Source of the DNA: an uncultured Eubacteriales bacterium
GTDB taxonomy: Bacteria > Bacillota > Clostridia > UBA1381 > UMGS1253
Length of the DNA: 64,000 nucleotides
Direction of reading: 5' to 3'
Assembly: GCA_902492065.1 (NCBI GenBank)
Contig: CABUKE010000004.1
Location: forward strand, 43,621-107,620
The notes below the pieces were generated by a model. The model saw nothing but the letters and a program-made list of their open reading frames with translations, ran no database searches and was not told the origin of the DNA. Within the stretch, counting starts at the first letter, position 1; the number at the start of each line of letters is the position of its first letter. The position numbers and the translations under genes are program-made. This document shows, one piece after another, positions 1 through 8,169 of the stretch.

Positions 1-894
1 GTACCTGAACCGCCTGTCACGCCCTCTCCATCGCCGACGCCTACTCCGCCGGGAACTGGCGGTGGCAGCACAGGCGGTGGAGGCGGCTCGGTTATTACGA
101 GCTATCAAATCCGAGTGGAAACTGCGGAACATGGTGTTGTGACGGCAGATGCGGCAAAGGCAGTCAAGGGGGAGACGATAACGCTTCAGGCGGCCGCCAA
201 TCCGGGCTATGAGCTGGAATCACTTTCCGTCACAGAGAGCAGCGGCAAGGCCGTTCCAACTACAGCGCAGGAGGACGGACGTATAACCTTTGTTATGCCT
301 GCCGCAAATGTAATCGTTCGGGCGGCATTCCGCGCGTTGGAAACACCGTGGGAAAATCCATTCACGGACGTAGCCGAAGAAGCGTGGTTCTACGGCCCGA
401 TTCAGTACGTGGCACAGAACAACCTTTTTGCCGGAATGGGAGACGGACAATTCCAACCGGATGGCTCCATGACACGTGCGATGCTTGTGACCGTACTCTA
501 CCGCGCGGCCGGCGAACCGGAGATTTTTGTTCCGGAGGCGTCCTTTGACGATGTTGCGCCGGAAAGCTGGTACGGCCCTGCTGTATACTGGGCAAAGCAA
601 CAGGGCATTACAGCCGGTGCGTCTGAATCGAGCTTTGAGCCGGAGGCGAGCATTACGCGGGAACAGCTTGCAGCTATGCTGCACCGTTTTGCCGGAACAC
701 CGGCAGCAGAAGGCTTGCTCGCTGGCTTTGTTGATGCAGACGAGATGGAAGAGTTTGCGGCCGATGCGCTGGGCTGGGCAGTTGCACACGGCATTATTAA
801 AGGACAGGGCGGCGGTATTCTGGCACCGAAGGGAATTGCCACACGCGCCCAAGTAGCACAAATGTTGATGAATTTTATTGAGCTTGAAAAATAA
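1..894 (+). CDS. SLH-domain cell-surface protein, C-terminal part (5' end outside window)
   Basis: Frame 1 is open from base 1 (VPEPPVTPSPSPTPTPPGTGGG... Pro/Thr/Gly linker) into the 115..894 ORF. It has one Flg_new/InlB-B-type repeat (GYELESLSV...VIVRAAF). Three SLH-like repeats follow (FTDVAEEAWFYGPIQYV, FDDVAPESWYGPAVYWA, FVDADEMEEFAADALGWA). Confidence 0.8.
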   Translation, partial: VPEPPVTPSPSPTPTPPGTGGGSTGGGGGSVITSYQIRVETAEHGVVTADAAKAVKGETITLQAAANPGYELESLSVTESSGKAVPTTAQEDGRITFVMPAANVIVRAAFRALETPWENPFTDVAEEAWFYGPIQYVAQNNLFAGMGDGQFQPDGSMTRAMLVTVLYRAAGEPEIFVPEASFDDVAPESWYGPAVYWAKQQGITAGASESSFEPEASITREQLAAMLHRFAGTPAAEGLLAGFVDADEMEEFAADALGWAVAHGIIKGQGGGILAPKGIATRAQVAQMLMNFIELEK

Positions 895-914
895 TTTTAA
901 AATAAAGAAAAAAC

Positions 915-946
915 CCCAGCGAAGAAATCCTCCGCTGGGTTTTATT
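915..946. terminator. bidirectional hairpin terminator between convergent genes
   Basis: A 7-bp GC stem cccagcg/cgctggg is flanked by an A-run upstream and ttttatt downstream. Confidence 0.6.
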
Positions 947-958
947 GTTATCTAATCC

Positions 959-1825
959 TCACGCATTCGCCGCGCCGTACATCATCACACAGATATTCTC
1001 CCCGAGCACCTGCTCGAGCTGGTCGAAGCCGATTGGGTTTTTACCCAGCCCAAGCTCAATCGTAAAGCCGGGCCGGTCGTACTCTTTGATAAACCAGTCC
1101 TTGTACCCACCGAAAGCCGCCGTCCCCGTCGGTTTTGTCGCAGTATAGCCGGAAATGCGCGCAAACTGTTGGGCGAGCTCCTCGCCGCGGGGCGGGACGT
1201 GCCCCTCAAAGTCGTAGTAGATTTCCTGCCCCTGCGAGTGGTAGGCAATGACGAGCGCAGGGTCAATCTCACGTGTGAGCTGGGCAAGCGCGCGGCTCTC
1301 CGGCTCGCTCTCCGGGTAAGGCCCACCGTAGCGCGACGGCGCCGGCCCGGGCAGAATTGGGTCAAAGTTTGCGTTGTAGTTGTGGTTTAGGTCCACGCCG
1401 TTGATGTTGGCCTGCCATGTGGTGGCAAAGTCGAGGTCGGGGAACAGCTCCCGCAGCCTTTGATAGTAGGGGCTGCTCTGCGGGATGTTGCCTGCTACGA
1501 GATCAATCCCGTCCGGGTTGAGCATGGGAACGATGTACATGGTCGTTTCGACGGCAAGCTCCCGCGCATTGTAGCCGCACAGCTCCTTGCCATTTTTGAT
1601 CGCGTCGGCGTATGCGCGCACGAACGACATGATCATGGCGCTGGTGAGCCATTCAAGGCTGTGATGGCCGGATACGTAGAGTACCTTTTTCGGTCCTGTG
1701 CCGATTTTTATGCCATAGAGCGGCTTGCCCATGACGCTTTGGCCAAATTTAAAGAAGCGCAAAAACGGGTAATCTGCCGCAAACGACACGATATCAGCCA
1801 TTACATCGGAATAGGTGTATGCCAT
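959..1825 (-). CDS. M14 family zinc peptidase, gamma-D-glutamyl-(L)-meso-diaminopimelate peptidase-like
   Basis: 288-aa ORF. It has an HxxE zinc motif in VSGHHSLEW and downstream NPDG and YHSQG motifs typical of M14 carboxypeptidases of the YqgT/ENP1 type. Confidence 0.8.
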   Translation of the reverse strand: MAYTYSDVMADIVSFAADYPFLRFFKFGQSVMGKPLYGIKIGTGPKKVLYVSGHHSLEWLTSAMIMSFVRAYADAIKNGKELCGYNARELAVETTMYIVPMLNPDGIDLVAGNIPQSSPYYQRLRELFPDLDFATTWQANINGVDLNHNYNANFDPILPGPAPSRYGGPYPESEPESRALAQLTREIDPALVIAYHSQGQEIYYDFEGHVPPRGEELAQQFARISGYTATKPTGTAAFGGYKDWFIKEYDRPGFTIELGLGKNPIGFDQLEQVLGENICVMMYGAANA

Positions 1826-1854
1826 GTGAACTCCTCCTGTTTTTTATGCTATAT

Positions 1855-2385
1855 TTATTGAAAGAAAAATCTGCAAACAATCAGGCACAGCACGACGCTG
1901 GCAAGGTCGGCAAAGAGCGCGGCGGCAACGGTGTGGCGCGTGTTCTTGATGCCGACTGCGCCAAAGTAGACTGCCAGCGTGTAGAACGTGGTTTCCGTTG
2001 CGCCAGCCATGACGCAGGCTGTCTTGGCGACTGCGCTATCCGGGCCGAACGTGTTGACGATTCCGGTCACAATGCCGATCGACCCGCTCCCGGAAACGGG
2101 GCGCAAGAGTGCGAGCGGCAGCAGGTTTTCGTCTAGACCAATCAGGTTCGTTACCGGGCGCAGCGCCCAGGCGAGCGCGTCGAGCGCACCGGACGCGCGC
2201 AGCATCGCGATTGCGACCATCAGCGCAATCACGGGCGCGACAATAGACACGGCTGTTTTGAGGCCGTCCTTTGCGCCAGCGGTGAAGCAGTCGAATACGC
2301 TGACGCGGCGGAGCAGGCCAAAGCTCAGGATGAGCAGGATAACAAACGGAATTGCCGCCGAACAGAGGAACGCAGCCACCTTCAT
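1855..2385 (-). CDS. spmB: spore maturation protein B
   Basis: Nucleoside-recognition/Gate-type membrane protein (MKVAAFLCSAAIPFVILL...). I trimmed the start to ATG 2385, which overlaps the spmA stop as ATGA. The upstream 63 codons of the tracked ORF are Arg/Cys-rich and overlap spmA. Confidence 0.85.
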   Translation of the reverse strand: MKVAAFLCSAAIPFVILLILSFGLLRRVSVFDCFTAGAKDGLKTAVSIVAPVIALMVAIAMLRASGALDALAWALRPVTNLIGLDENLLPLALLRPVSGSGSIGIVTGIVNTFGPDSAVAKTACVMAGATETTFYTLAVYFGAVGIKNTRHTVAAALFADLASVVLCLIVCRFFFQ

Positions 2386-2969
2386 AACCGTTTCCTCCCC
2401 GTACGCGACAGAGCGGCGCACATCAGCGCACCGAGAACAAGTGCGGCAAACGAGGCAATCAGCGTCGGAAGGATGATGTCGAACGGGTTCTGTGCGCCCG
2501 CGCCGCTCAAAATCGCAATCATGGTCGTCGGGATGAGCTGGATAGAGGCGGTGTTGACGACAACAAACATGCACATGGCGTTTGACGCAACGCCGCTGTG
2601 CCCGCCGAGCTGGTCAAGCTCCTGCATGGCTTTGATGCCGAAAGGCGTCGCGGCGTTACCCATGCCGAGCAGGTTCGCGCTCATGTTCGATACAATTGCG
2701 CCTGCCGCGTCGGAGTCCGGCTTTATGCTCGGGAACAGCAGGCGGATGACCGGGCGGAGCAGCCGACGCAGCGCAGCGATGACGCCACCCGCTTCTGCGA
2801 TTTTTAGCAGTCCGCTCCAAAAGCACATGGCCCCGGTGAGCGCAAGCGTCGTCATGACCGCGTCCTTTGCCGCGGCGAGCGCCTCGGTCGCAATCAGGTC
2901 GAGCCGCCCGTTAATTGCGCCGAACACGATTGCAAGAATCATCATAAAAGCCCAGATATAATTTAGCAT
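2382..2969 (-). CDS. spmA: spore maturation protein A
   Basis: 195-aa membrane protein (MLNYIWAFMMILAIVFGAINGR...), paired with spmB as in the Bacillus dacB-spmA-spmB operon. Confidence 0.85.
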   Translation of the reverse strand: MLNYIWAFMMILAIVFGAINGRLDLIATEALAAAKDAVMTTLALTGAMCFWSGLLKIAEAGGVIAALRRLLRPVIRLLFPSIKPDSDAAGAIVSNMSANLLGMGNAATPFGIKAMQELDQLGGHSGVASNAMCMFVVVNTASIQLIPTTMIAILSGAGAQNPFDIILPTLIASFAALVLGALMCAALSRTGRKRL

Positions 2970-2977
2970 AAGCCCTC

Positions 2978-4537
2978 CTAACTGCGGCGTTTTCTAAGTG
3001 GCTGCAAATCCTCGCGCGTGATACACTTAAACAGAAGCAAAAAGGCAAGGTAGAGCGCACACACGAGCAGACAGCCTGCGCACAGCGCCACGACCGGATA
3101 GACGCAGACCGTCAGAAGCACAGACTTGAGCGCACTGACGCAGAGCATGGCAGGCGCGGCGGCGAGGAGCGGCTTTACGACCCATTTACCCCACTCGATT
3201 CCGAGCCCGGTTACAGAAAACAGTTGTTTCATGTTCAAACACGACGTAAACAGATTGCTCACCACCATGATTGCCAAAAATGCGTTCATGCCGAAGTGCG
3301 GCAGAAGAAACAGAATCAAAATAATGCGGATGGCGGAGTTGTATACGTTGTAACGCAGGGAGGCCGCCTGCTGGTTAAGTCCGTTTAAAATCCCGGCGAT
3401 GATGCTTTCGACATACATGAAGGGGATAATCGGCGCGAGCACGAGGATGTAGAAGCCGACCTCGTAATCGCGGTAGAACAGGTAGCCGATTTCATAGGCG
3501 TACACGGTAAAGACCGCCCCAATCAGCACAGAGCTGACAATGGTGAGAAACATGGTGCGCTGGATGGTGCTTCTGAGCGCAGCCTTCTGGCCCCGTGCGC
3601 CGTACTCCGACACCTCCGGAATAAGCAGCGTGGAGAGCGCGCCCAGAAATGATGATGGGAAAAACAGCACTGGGAGCGCCATCCCCTTGAGCATACCGAA
3701 CTGGGAGAGAGAGGCTTCCTTTGAGAGCGTGTAGCGGGTCAGCGCATCCGGAACCATGATATTTTCGATTGTATGTAAGATGGTGTTTAAGTAGCTGCTG
3801 AGCGCGACCGGGATGCCGATGTAAGACATCTGCCGCAATATGCGGCTCGGCGCTTTATGCAGATCGGCCAGCCCGTGTTTGTCGCGCAGATAGCCGATAT
3901 AGATGTACAAGCACGCGCCCACCTCGGACAGGGCGTTGCCGGTTACGACTGCGGCGCACGCCTGCGACAAATTGCCCGCGTCGACACGGCTGAGCAGAAA
4001 CACGACGACAGCAATGCGAATCAGTTGCTCAAACAACTGGGAATTGGACGGCGTGGACGCCTTGCGCCGTGCCATAAAGTACCCCTTCAGGCACGACGAC
4101 ACTGCCATAAACGGCAGCCCGAACGACAGGATTCTAAGCGACAGCGCCGCGCGCTCATCCTTGAGCCAATACAGCGCCGCTGTATCCGCGCAGCTATACA
4201 TCAGTGTGCAGGAAAAAACGCCGAGTACAATGCTGGCGCCGAGTGTGCGCGACAGGATTTTTTTGACTGCGCTTTTTCCGCCAAGACCGATATGCTCCGA
4301 CACAAGGCGCGTCGTCGCAATGCCAATCCCGGAGGAAGCCAGCGCGCTGGCAAAGGTGTAGACGGAAAAAATGAGCTGATGCAGGCCCATGCCCTCCGCG
4401 CCTATGGCGTTTGAAATATAAATGCGGAAAAAGATTCCGATTGCGCGCAGCAAAATCGCCGTAGCGGTCAGGATGATTGCATTCTTAAAAAAAAGTCGTT
4501 TTTGCAAGGCGGCACTTCCATTTCGAGATAAATTCAT
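2978..4537 (-). CDS. spoVB: stage V sporulation protein B (MOP/MurJ-superfamily flippase)
   Basis: 519-aa polytopic protein. The N-terminus LFFKNAIILTATAILLRAIGIFFRIYISNAIGAEGMG is typical of SpoVB. It lies directly upstream of spmAB. Confidence 0.8.
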   Translation of the reverse strand: MNLSRNGSAALQKRLFFKNAIILTATAILLRAIGIFFRIYISNAIGAEGMGLHQLIFSVYTFASALASSGIGIATTRLVSEHIGLGGKSAVKKILSRTLGASIVLGVFSCTLMYSCADTAALYWLKDERAALSLRILSFGLPFMAVSSCLKGYFMARRKASTPSNSQLFEQLIRIAVVVFLLSRVDAGNLSQACAAVVTGNALSEVGACLYIYIGYLRDKHGLADLHKAPSRILRQMSYIGIPVALSSYLNTILHTIENIMVPDALTRYTLSKEASLSQFGMLKGMALPVLFFPSSFLGALSTLLIPEVSEYGARGQKAALRSTIQRTMFLTIVSSVLIGAVFTVYAYEIGYLFYRDYEVGFYILVLAPIIPFMYVESIIAGILNGLNQQAASLRYNVYNSAIRIILILFLLPHFGMNAFLAIMVVSNLFTSCLNMKQLFSVTGLGIEWGKWVVKPLLAAAPAMLCVSALKSVLLTVCVYPVVALCAGCLLVCALYLAFLLLFKCITREDLQPLRKRRS

Positions 4538-4634
4538 GTCCTGCTACTTATGTATATTAGTTTTTGCGAAAAATTATTGCCTTCTGTTAAAAATTTTTTA
4601 CAGTTTGCCGATTTCGCAGAAAAGTCATTGACAA

Positions 4635-6053
4635 ATGCGAAAAAAAGGAATACCCTTAATGAAAAACGGCGTATTTGGGGGGATTGGTTTGGCGGCAAGA
4701 AAGTACGAGATCGACATGAGCACAGGCTCGCTGGTGAAAAGTATCATTGCGTTCGTGATTCCGCTCATGCTTTCAAACATTTTGCAGCTTTTGTACAATG
4801 CGGCGGATATTATTGTGGTCGGGCAATTTAGCGGAAAAGAGGCGCTGGCGGCGGTCGGCTCGACCGGGCCGCTCATTAACCTTTTGACAAACCTGTTTAT
4901 CGGTTTGTCCGTCGGTACGAGCGTATTGGTTTCGACCTGCTATGGGGCCGGCGACCGGGACGGGGTTGCGCGGGGCGTCCATACGTCTGTGGTACTTAGC
5001 TTTATTGGCGGCGCGTTATGCCTGCTTGCCGGCGTATGTTTTGCGCGGCCCCTCCTGCTGATGATGGGGTCCCCGGAGGATGTAATCGACATGGCAGTTC
5101 TGTACATGACGATTTACTTTATCGGCGCGCCCGCTTCCATTTTTTATAATTTTGGCAGCGCGATTTTGCGCGCATACGGCGACACGAAGCGCCCTTTATT
5201 TATTTTGACCGTTACGGGTCTTGTCAATGTTGCGTTAAACCTCGTGTTCGTAATCGGCTTCCACATGGGCGTGGCAGGCGTTGCAATTGCGACGATTACG
5301 GCGCAGTATTTGTCGGCAATCATGCTTGGCTGGTGCCTGGTGACGAGCCATGAGGCGTATCGGCTGTCGTTTAAAGAATTGAAGGTACATAAAGATCAGC
5401 TTCTCGCCATTCTGCGTGTCGGGCTCCCGGCCGGTATCCAAAGCTGTGTGTTCAGCATTTCCAATGTTATTATTCAGTCGTCCATCAACTCGTTCGGTTC
5501 GGTTGTCATTGCGGGCAACTCCGCGGCAGGCAACATTGAAGGCTTTATTTACACCGCTATGAACTCTATCCATCATGCGACGGTGACGGCGACGGCGCAG
5601 AACATGGGCGCGAAGAAAAAAGAGCGCGTCTATCAAAGTCTGCGGGTCAACATATCGCTTGTCGTCATGGTCGGATTTGTACTGGGTATTCTCGTTGTCA
5701 TTTTCCGTGAACCGCTTTTGGGAATTTATTCGAGCGACCCGGCGGTTATTGCCGCGGGGGCAAAGCGGAATATGATGATTGGGTCTACTTACTTTTTGTG
5801 CGGTATGATGGAGGTCTATGTCGGGCATCTGCGTGGCATGGGTTATTCGCTTGTGCCGACGATTGTTTCCATCATAGGTGTATGCGGCGTGCGGATCGTG
5901 TGGGTATATACGGTGTTTGCCATGTTCCGCAACGTTTACACGCTCTATGCGGCATGGACGGTTTCGTGGCTGGCGACGGCGGCAATCCACTACATCTGTA
6001 TCCTGTTTGTGCGCCGCCGGGCGATTGCAAAGGCCATGGGGGCAGAGGCGTAA
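4635..6053 (+). CDS. MATE family efflux transporter
   Basis: 472-aa, 12-TM-like protein. The MATE N-terminal signature is IPLMLSNILQLLYNAADIIVVGQF. An alternative start at ATG 4659 has better SD spacing (aaggaa). Confidence 0.85.
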   Translation: MRKKGIPLMKNGVFGGIGLAARKYEIDMSTGSLVKSIIAFVIPLMLSNILQLLYNAADIIVVGQFSGKEALAAVGSTGPLINLLTNLFIGLSVGTSVLVSTCYGAGDRDGVARGVHTSVVLSFIGGALCLLAGVCFARPLLLMMGSPEDVIDMAVLYMTIYFIGAPASIFYNFGSAILRAYGDTKRPLFILTVTGLVNVALNLVFVIGFHMGVAGVAIATITAQYLSAIMLGWCLVTSHEAYRLSFKELKVHKDQLLAILRVGLPAGIQSCVFSISNVIIQSSINSFGSVVIAGNSAAGNIEGFIYTAMNSIHHATVTATAQNMGAKKKERVYQSLRVNISLVVMVGFVLGILVVIFREPLLGIYSSDPAVIAAGAKRNMMIGSTYFLCGMMEVYVGHLRGMGYSLVPTIVSIIGVCGVRIVWVYTVFAMFRNVYTLYAAWTVSWLATAAIHYICILFVRRRAIAKAMGAEA

Positions 6054-6143
6054 GCTGCCGTAACTTGGTATTGCCACAACGGTGAAAATGCGGTATGATA
6101 TAGATAAAACGAAAGAAACACAAATTCGAAAGTGGGGGCGCGG

Positions 6144-7922
6144 ATGAGGCGTATTTGGAAAAAAGTATGGATATGGGCTTTGATTGTAACGTTGCTGCCT
6201 GTTTATTCTGCCTCAGCGGCAGGAGTGAGTATTTTTTCTGCCACAGACGGAACAAACGACCTTTCTACCTCGGCAGAGCAGATTCTATCGCTGACAGCGC
6301 CGGGGGCAGAGATTGTAATTGAAGGGCTTGCAAGCCCTGTGGAAAGTGAAGTTACAATTCAGGTACGGAGCGCAACAGAGCCGGAAAATATCAATTATGT
6401 ATATCAGCAGAAAAGCGATAAACACGGGATGTTTTCCTTTCGTTTCAGCACGGAGGGTTATGAGCCGGATACATACGCGGTTGCGGTAAACGTCGCTGGT
6501 GCAACGCAGGCGAAGATGCGCTATTTCCGTATTGCGCCGCCGCAGGTGCCAGAGGGTGCGCACGACGTGTTTGACTGCTTTACGGTCAACGGGCGGCCGG
6601 TTCGCTTTGATGACAGCAAATATGCCTTTGTAGGAATGACGGCGCAGGAGCGGGATACAGTCCCCGTGTTTGATATTTCCACAGTGGATAAAACTGCTGA
6701 AGTGACGCTTACTCCAGCGTCCGTGCCGAAAATTCCCTGCGCGGTGAAGGTTGCTGTTTCGTTTTCCGACGGTACGGAAAAGGTATACAGTCTTGTGCTT
6801 GACGAAGTGTCAGAGGATAAGCGAATATCAAACCTTGTTGTTGCGGATAAGCGGGCCTCGGATTATGTGATTGAGGGCAATATCCGTTTGGGCGACAGCG
6901 TGGAGAATGCGTCGTTGGTCTATTCCGACCGGACGAACGTATACTGGCGAAGCGCTTCTTCTCCTATTTTTGCTGGCGCGACGCAGATTAAGCGCGCGAA
7001 GAGCGACGCGGGCGGATTTACCAACGACCAGACGACGCTTCCAAATGAGCCGAATGCGCCAAAAATCAGCACCCGGCCTTATTATGCCGGTGCATATTCC
7101 GGACAGAACGGCGAGCCGTACTGGATGAGTTTTACTGTCCATGCCGACGCAACGGTGTACATGGCGGACGGACACGGACAAGGCTGGCCGAACAATGACG
7201 GTACGTGGAAAAACGACTCCTATTATGCTGTTGCGCATGGAGGGGGCGGCGCTTCCGCAAGTGGAAAGAACTTGTATTATAAGAAGTTTAAAGCTGGCGA
7301 TACCGTTCAGATTCCCAATTACGGCATGCCGGAGGGATGGCCGGAGAATGGTCAACGAATATGGGATCCGCCTGCGTTTGTGGTTGTGTGGGACAGCAAT
7401 GGCACTGTAGAGGGTACAGATGCGAGCCTCACGTCAATATCGTATGAGATTGACGGCGGCGGGCATACACAGCTTACAGAGTTTCGCCCTGACTTGGACC
7501 ACTATACGCTCGCTGTGGGGAGCAGTGTAGAACAGATTACTTTTAGCGCTGTAAAGTCAGATGAGGCAGCTTTGGTTGCAGAGGCGGCTTTTGAGCCGGT
7601 TCGGCTTAATAAAGCGGTTACGGAACACAAAATCCGGGTTGTTTCTGCCGGCGGTATCGTAGAAAAGACGTATACGGTCACAATCAAAAAGGATTTAAGC
7701 AACTTGTTTTACGGCGATGTAAACAACGACGGTATGGCTTCAAGCGACGACGCGCTCTGGATTCTGCGCCGCGAGGTGGGACTGGCAACACCGCAGGGGT
7801 TTAACTGGCTGGCGGCGGATGTAACCGGCGATGGAGAGGCGACGAGCGACGATGCACTCTGGATCTTGCGCTACGAAGTTGGGCTGCCGATACCGGATGG
7901 AATTTTAATAGGAAAGCAATAG
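6144..7922 (+). CDS. secreted multidomain protein with C-terminal dockerin
   Basis: Signal peptide MRRIWKKVWIWALIVTLLPVYSASA. The middle is beta-rich (cadherin-like/CBM-like). Two EF-hand-like dockerin segments are present: GDVNNDGMASSDDALWILRREVGL and ADVTGDGEATSDDALWILRYEVGL. I chose start ATG 6144 after the SD gtggggg; the tracked ORF begins at GTG 6132. Confidence 0.75.
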   Translation: MRRIWKKVWIWALIVTLLPVYSASAAGVSIFSATDGTNDLSTSAEQILSLTAPGAEIVIEGLASPVESEVTIQVRSATEPENINYVYQQKSDKHGMFSFRFSTEGYEPDTYAVAVNVAGATQAKMRYFRIAPPQVPEGAHDVFDCFTVNGRPVRFDDSKYAFVGMTAQERDTVPVFDISTVDKTAEVTLTPASVPKIPCAVKVAVSFSDGTEKVYSLVLDEVSEDKRISNLVVADKRASDYVIEGNIRLGDSVENASLVYSDRTNVYWRSASSPIFAGATQIKRAKSDAGGFTNDQTTLPNEPNAPKISTRPYYAGAYSGQNGEPYWMSFTVHADATVYMADGHGQGWPNNDGTWKNDSYYAVAHGGGGASASGKNLYYKKFKAGDTVQIPNYGMPEGWPENGQRIWDPPAFVVVWDSNGTVEGTDASLTSISYEIDGGGHTQLTEFRPDLDHYTLAVGSSVEQITFSAVKSDEAALVAEAAFEPVRLNKAVTEHKIRVVSAGGIVEKTYTVTIKKDLSNLFYGDVNNDGMASSDDALWILRREVGLATPQGFNWLAADVTGDGEATSDDALWILRYEVGLPIPDGILIGKQ

Positions 7923-7930
7923 GGATTTGT

Positions 7931-7961
7931 ACAGGGCAGGCCGGCGGCCGCCCTGTTTTTG
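7931..7961 (+). terminator. rho-independent terminator
   Basis: acagggc...gccctgt GC-rich hairpin followed by ttttt. Confidence 0.65.
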
Positions 7962-8076
7962 TACCGCTGCATAAGTGTGAAATGATAAAAATTAGGGTTT
8001 AAAAACCTATTTGTAAGGATTTCGTATAGTTTTTTTACAAATATAACAAAAAGAGTTTGATGCAGGGAAAAAAATA

Positions 8077-8105
8077 TTGACAACCTGAACGGGAAAAGGT
8101 AAAAT
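8077..8105 (+). promoter_or_regulatory. sigma-A-type promoter TTGACA-17-TAAAAT
   Basis: Exact -35 TTGACA (8077-8082), 17-nt spacer, TAAAAT (8100-8105). A 5' UTR hairpin aagcacaa/ttgtgctt lies at 8121-8143. Confidence 0.6.
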
Positions 8106-8169
8106 CATATTAGAATATAGAAGCACAAGGGATGGTTGTGCTTTTGACTATTTAGGGGGGAGCTTATTC

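Noticed and set aside
5235-6077. A 280-aa minus-strand ORF. The similar long antisense ORFs 48324..49175, 42794..43483, 18385..19173, 13165..13836 and 29055..29636 belong to the same case.
   Set aside because: Each is fully contained in a well-supported gene on the other strand (MATE, purine permease, rbgA, ftsH, gdpP, holA). They show Arg/His/Cys-rich shadow composition.
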